A stretch of 64,000 nt of DNA from Podarcis filfolensis (Eukaryota), in assembly GCA_964270895.1 (NCBI GenBank), contig OZ185450.1. One strand, written 5' to 3'. The position numbers were made by a program, and so were the translations under genes. Every line of letters begins with the position of its first letter. Positions within the stretch are counted from its first letter, which is position 1. The notes below the pieces were generated by a model that searched no databases, had not been told where the DNA came from, and saw only the letters and a program-made list of their open reading frames with translations. Positions 59,046 through 64,000 of the stretch are shown here, in pieces.

Positions 59046-60599
59046 ATTGTACTTCATCAAAAGATATCAGAGCAGTTCCATGTGGACGGCTAAATGATTG
59101 TAATTCTGCCCCCTTATTTGCTGGCCTGGATTAGACCATGACCTCCAAATCTGGACACAGCCCACCAGCCAGCCCTATTTGTTCACCCACCACAGCCTGA
59201 ATAAACCACCTTCCTTGGTTACTGGCCTGGGGCTACAAAACCAAGCATATGGGTGATACCACACATAGCAGACCATGATACACTGTGTCGATCAGCTGCA
59301 TTTGGTGGGCCACAAGCTGCATGGGACATCTCAAAAAGAAAGAACTGCTGCTTATCACGTAGGGAAGTAGTTAAATGGAAAGAAGAGTGTCCTTCAGGAG
59401 GGATGCCACGGAGTGCAAGATGCAGAATTGCAAGTAATGAGGTCTGGGAAACAGAGACATAAAGGTTACAACTGGGATTTTATTGTATTTTTTTACAGTC
59501 CTTTCTCTCCATAGATGCTTAGATGTTAGTGCTAGAAGGGACAGTTAACCTCCTTGCCTGATCTTGTCCTTGATTGCAGGTCATAGACTTTTGATCAGTG
59601 CAGTGCAATGGCATTCCCTCTAGCTATAGTGGGTGAGCAATAGCGAAGGCGCAAAGGTTATAAAAGAATCTGTGTTCAGTGCACACTGCAAATGGAAATC
59701 TTCCTCCAAATACTTGGCTAAGTGATAATGTTTCATTTCCATCACCAAATGTAGCCAATGTGGTGCACCACACTGAGGTATTCCTCATCAACGATCTACA
59801 TCAATAGCTTTTGCCATGTGGAGGACAGCAGGAAGACTCACCACTCAATGTCTCCATGGTGGTGCCCCTCCAGAAGTTATGGACTACAGCTTCCATCAAT
59901 CCCTGACTGTTGATTATTGTGCTTGGGAATGATGGGAGTTGTAGTCCAAAAAACAGGTGGAGGTCACCACATTGGCTAACCCAAATGTTTCCTATGCAGG
60001 AGCGAATGTGAATAGAAGCATGAATAGCACAAAATGCAAGGAATAGACTAAGTTTTGCTGACATTTTGCTTACAAGGCCCCTGCAAGACAAGCTGTATGT
60101 TGCATTTGTGGGGGAATTCCCCTTGGGGTTACAAGTATGGAGGCTCACCTCCAATTCCCAGTCAGTCAGACTTTAGTCAGTAATGCATTACCAGGCAGAG
60201 TGCAAAGAGTCTGTGATAACTTTCTATCAGGACACACAATATATAGGCAAATTATAGATAATCTTCAACCACCCCAGCACTTCACCACCTCTCATCCAGC
60301 CACAGTCCATGAAATGCAACCCTACTCAGCCAATTTTTTACTGAATGTGTCTGAAACCTCCCTGTATCTTATATGGAGGGAATTGTTGTTGCTGTTGTTG
60401 TTTTTGTTGTTGTTTGCTTTAATAGTCAGTGTTAACTTCCTCTTTAACTGGTTCTTACCACTCTTGTGGTCGGGTCATATTCTTGTGTACGTGACACTCA
60501 CCTCACTAATAATGGGTCTAACGGTAATTCCACCTCATACTTGCCAAGGAGACCAGCATGCCTGTGGCAAGACTGTTGAATATTAGTAGTCGTTGTCGT

Positions 60600-61050
60600 C
60601 GTCATCATAGTATTACATTTATTTCCTGCCCTTCAGGTCCATGCTTCCAGGCGGGTTACAACAATTTAAAATTCAGAACTGAAAGCATCTAAAATATTTT
60701 GCATTCACAAGAATACACTGCATCCTGAATGGCACATCTCAGATGCCGAAGGCAAAGAGGAGCATCTTCAGCACTCACTGTAAGCTTTATAGTGAAGGTG
60801 CCAGGTGTACCTCTGTGGGCAGGGAGTTCCACAGCTTGGGGGCTGCCACAGAGAAGGCCCTCTCCCTGGCCACCACCACTCCTGAACTTCTTAGGCTGGT
60901 GGAACTACCAAGAGCGCCCCCTTCTGTTGATTTTGAAACCTGGCAGGGTCTGTAGATAATATTACAGATATTTGGGGCCTGAGCCATTTAGGGCTTTGGG
61001 CATTAATATAAGCACCTTGAACTGAGCCTGGAAATGAACTGGAAGCCAGT
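60600..61050 (-). mobile_element. L2 LINE 3' fragment including the ORF2 C-terminal remnant
   Basis: The reverse strand reads ..WLPVHFQAQFKVLILMPKALNGSGPKYL.. (L2 HWLP..FK..KAL motif), plus GGGAGTTCCACAGCTTGGGGGCTGCCACAGAGAAGGCCCT. Confidence 0.8.
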
Positions 61051-62223
61051 TTAGGACTGGCTGTCATTCAGTATGACTCAGATCATCACATAATGAGGTT
61101 CCTCATGTATGATCCACATCAATAGCATTCTTCATTCTTCTTCTTTTACCATGAATGACAAGATAACACTTCCTCTGTTCTCCACGCGCACAAACTCTGA
61201 CTGCAGAGTATTTGGTGTTTGCTCATTGGATCATTGACATTCACTTGCCACAAGATGTTGTGATAACTGGGAACTTTCTTGGCTTTCAGCATTAATTGGA
61301 CAAATTTGTAGGATGGATCTATCAATGTCTGTCACCCACAATAAGACAGGGTTTTGTTTTTTTCAGGAAAAAAGAAACTCATGTGTTCAGAGTCAAGGTG
61401 CTATAGCCAACTAAATTCTACTCTGGAATGATTGTTAAACCAGTTTAAGCCTCTAGTGCAGATACACCCAAGAAGTTAGCATGCATGTAGGGCTCTGACC
61501 TGATATCTTCTCCCACAAAAAATGCAAGCCCCCATTTTGCCCACTGTGAAAGATGATCAACAAGTCTGCAAATGTTTGCCCTTGCACAGTTCCTGGGATC
61601 CACCCTCCCTGGTCCTTTTAGAAAAATGTCTATGTATATCCATATCATACCCAGAATGGAAGGTAGATCTGTGCAATGGCTTCAATCGAATAACAAGGTG
61701 AGCACGTGGGTTCAGACTGAGTGAGCCCTTCCAAGATGAGGCACACACACCAAACAGAACAGGGTCATGGTCCAAAGTGTTGCATCACTTTGGGGTGGGG
61801 CCTTGGAAGAGCCAGGCTGGGGTGAATGAGGGGTAGGGATTTACTTATAAGCACAGACCTGATACATTCTGCCCAGCTTCGCTCACTGGTGTGGATGGCA
61901 AGCAATGAAATAGCCATAATAGCCATGAGTGAAAAGTAACAACCAGGAATGTGCCAGACATGCACACAGAAAAATATGATCTTTGTTACCCCTTTTTGGT
62001 GGAAGGCAGTTGTCCAGATACACTGCAAGTTTACAGCAGGAGCCTGTTTTTTTCCAATTCTTCGTAAGTTTACTCCAAATATGGGGATGGCGGGGAGCAG
62101 AATGAATGAATTTTGAGTGGCGTATGACCAGATATATAGGTTTGCCCACCAACTAGCACTATGATTAGCGCTTCTCTCTTTTCTTTCTTTCACAAAACCA
62201 CTTCTACTTTTCTTAATAAGGGG

Positions 62224-62420
62224 AAGGGCTGTAGCTCAGGTGTAGGGCATCTGCTCTGCATGCAGAAGGTTCCAGGTCCAATCCCTGGCATCTCCAGCTT
62301 GGGCTGGGAATGCTCCCCCCACCCCTGCCATCTGAATTCCCGGAGTGCTGCTACCAGTCAGTGCAGACAGTACTGAGCTTGATGGACCAGTGTTATGACT
62401 CAATACATGGCAGCTTCTCG
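62224..62420 (+). mobile_element. tRNA-derived squamate SINE
   Basis: GGGCTGTAGCTCAGGTGTAGGGCATCTGCTCTGCATGCAGAAGGTTCCAGGTCCAATCCCTGGCATCTCCAG..GCTGCTACCAGTCAGTGCAGAC. Confidence 0.75.
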
Positions 62421-62499
62421 CAAGGTTATTTCCGCCTTAGGAATTCTTTTGTTGTGCTCAGCCCTTTGCTTCATTCCTCCTGAATTCAGAAGGCGTAAA

Positions 62500-62685
62500 T
62501 AGGACTGTTCCGCTAAATGGCTTTAGCCGAGTAGGAGAGCATTTGCTTTGCATGCAGAAGGTCCCAGGTCCAACCCCTGACATACCACAGTAAGGCTGGG
62601 AGAGACTCATGCCTGAAACCCTGGAGAGCTGCTGCTCTTGGTAGACGATACCAAGTCTGACTCTATGGCAGGCAGCTTCCTATGT
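62500..62685 (+). mobile_element. tRNA-derived squamate SINE (second, adjacent copy)
   Basis: GAGCATTTGCTTTGCATGCAGAAGGTCCCAGGTCCAACCCCTG..CCTGAAACCCTGGAGAGCTGCTGC..GGCAGCTTCCTATGTT. Confidence 0.75.
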
Positions 62686-63195
62686 TTTATAAGCTCTTCT
62701 GAATTGCTCTGTGGCTTGGTAAACATTAGCCATTGCCAGCTCCCTATTATTCAACTCTTCCACCTTAAATGAATTTTGAGCCTGTCTCCTTTGCAGCATT
62801 TGCAATTCTGTCCTTGTTGATGTTCCTGAGAACAGCCTCAAATAAGCCACATTATTATTTATTGATCCTTCTATTCCCTGCAAGTTCTGCCACAAATGTC
62901 CCCTCACCTGCACCCACTGGCAAGAAGATATTTCCCTTTTCCCTTTTCGATGACCTTTTTGAATTATAAGGCATCTAGGTCCCCTGTAGTGTCATGTCGG
63001 TCTCCCTCTGCTCCACCTGTCCTTGCTCTTGTGATAACAATGGCATAACAAGGCCATTGGAGAAAATGGTTCATAGTACTCTGTGGCTGTCCTCTCCTTG
63101 GACCTTTTATGCTGCCTGAGAAAAACTGTTGATGATTTACAGTGAAAATGCCTACTTGTACAGCTTGGGATTTTGCTTGTGCATTGGGTAAGCTA

Positions 63196-63800
63196 GGGAT
63201 GGGCAAATTCATCTATTTCGAGATCTCTCAATTTCTCATTTTCCCAGTCTTAAGTTCAGTCCTCCACAAATGTTCCACACATCAGCTTGCAAAGTTTTAA
63301 AGTCCTCATCAAAATGCACTGGTATTATAATATGAACTTTATCCTAAAACAGTATACACATTTCTGTATGTCATTCTGCCGGATATGCATACATTTTTGC
63401 AAAGCATTTTCCCGTAATTTACAAATTTTTGAAAAACAATTTCCCCTTACCTTATATAATGTGCTTGTATATATTATTTGCACAAATTATCTTAGTATAT
63501 GCATTTTTCGTACACATTACTTGGCTGGAGAACTACCATGCAAAATTCGGAGAAGTGCAAATTTTAAAGGCTGTTCTTTGGTTCATGTTTTGTTTGCATA
63601 TAATAGTTAAAATAACACAGAAAAATGCATTATATTAGGGAGAATTGTTTGCAAACAAAATGTGTATATTTTTCAAAACTGTGCAAAAGCACATTTATTA
63701 GAGGAAATTAATACTGAAATGAATTTTCATAAGGATTTATTTTTTTATTTTATTTTTTGGTAAGAATCCAAATTTCTGTGGAAATGCGGAGAACTGGATT
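63196..63800 (+). mobile_element. AT-rich hAT-like element(s) (TAGGGATGG family)
   Basis: Begins TAGGGATGGGC; AT-rich body similar to 776-1156 and 49520-49880. May be two nested copies; end approximate. Confidence 0.5.
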
Positions 63801-64000
63801 TAATACTGCTAAAATAAGTAACGGAGATTCAGGCAGGGGCCCTTCCCAGCCCTATCTTGACATGTCAGGAATCAGATCCCAAGGCATGCAAATCATATGC
63901 CACTGAGTTATGGCCCTGCCCACAGACAGGGATGTGTTGTGGTACAGAAGCAGAGGGCAATAGAGGCTGCATTCACACAGCCATTTCTTCCGCCTCCCCA

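Noticed and set aside
1-64000. CRISPR arrays, operons, rRNA, or intact transposase/RT ORFs
   Set aside because: The sequence is spliced vertebrate DNA. No regularly spaced repeat-spacer array or long TE ORF is present, and all TEs are non-autonomous or truncated.

Overview
This is vertebrate genomic DNA, not prokaryotic. The repeat content (Sauria SINE with ACCTTT tail, squamate CR1/L2, tRNA-SINEs, hAT and Tc1/mariner MITEs) points to a squamate, probably a lacertid lizard. The window holds the 3' part of an IgLON cell-adhesion gene on the + strand that I recognise as neurotrimin (NTM; chicken CEPU-1). It has three constitutive Ig-domain exons (31684-31818, 33160-33280, 35816-35967), two in-frame Ser/Thr-rich microexons (45527-45562, 36 nt; 51124-51156, 33 nt), a GPI-signal terminal exon (CDS 55736-55836) and a ~1.6 kb 3'UTR. 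I found no upstream NTM exon in the first 31.6 kb, so I treat it as intron. It is densely filled with transposon relics, several nested and several with intact target-site duplications (TSDs). Nearly all ORFs in the supplied track are noise from repeats. The most interesting items are: (i) a combinatorial juxtamembrane 'stalk/secretion' splicing module, including a candidate 11-nt stop-codon microexon and a donor read-through, both of which would give GPI-less secreted NTM; (ii) a palindromic Penelope-type insertion carrying a minimal hammerhead ribozyme motif; (iii) adjacent SINEs with different tRNA heads (Asn and Ile) sharing a CR1 tail; (iv) a young solo LTR with a complete promoter and poly(A) motif set; and (v) inverted Sauria SINEs bracketing three exons that would circularise into a stop-free 408-nt frame. 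I do not see a wholly new biological system. Family names and homologies come from memory and by-eye alignment, not from database searches.
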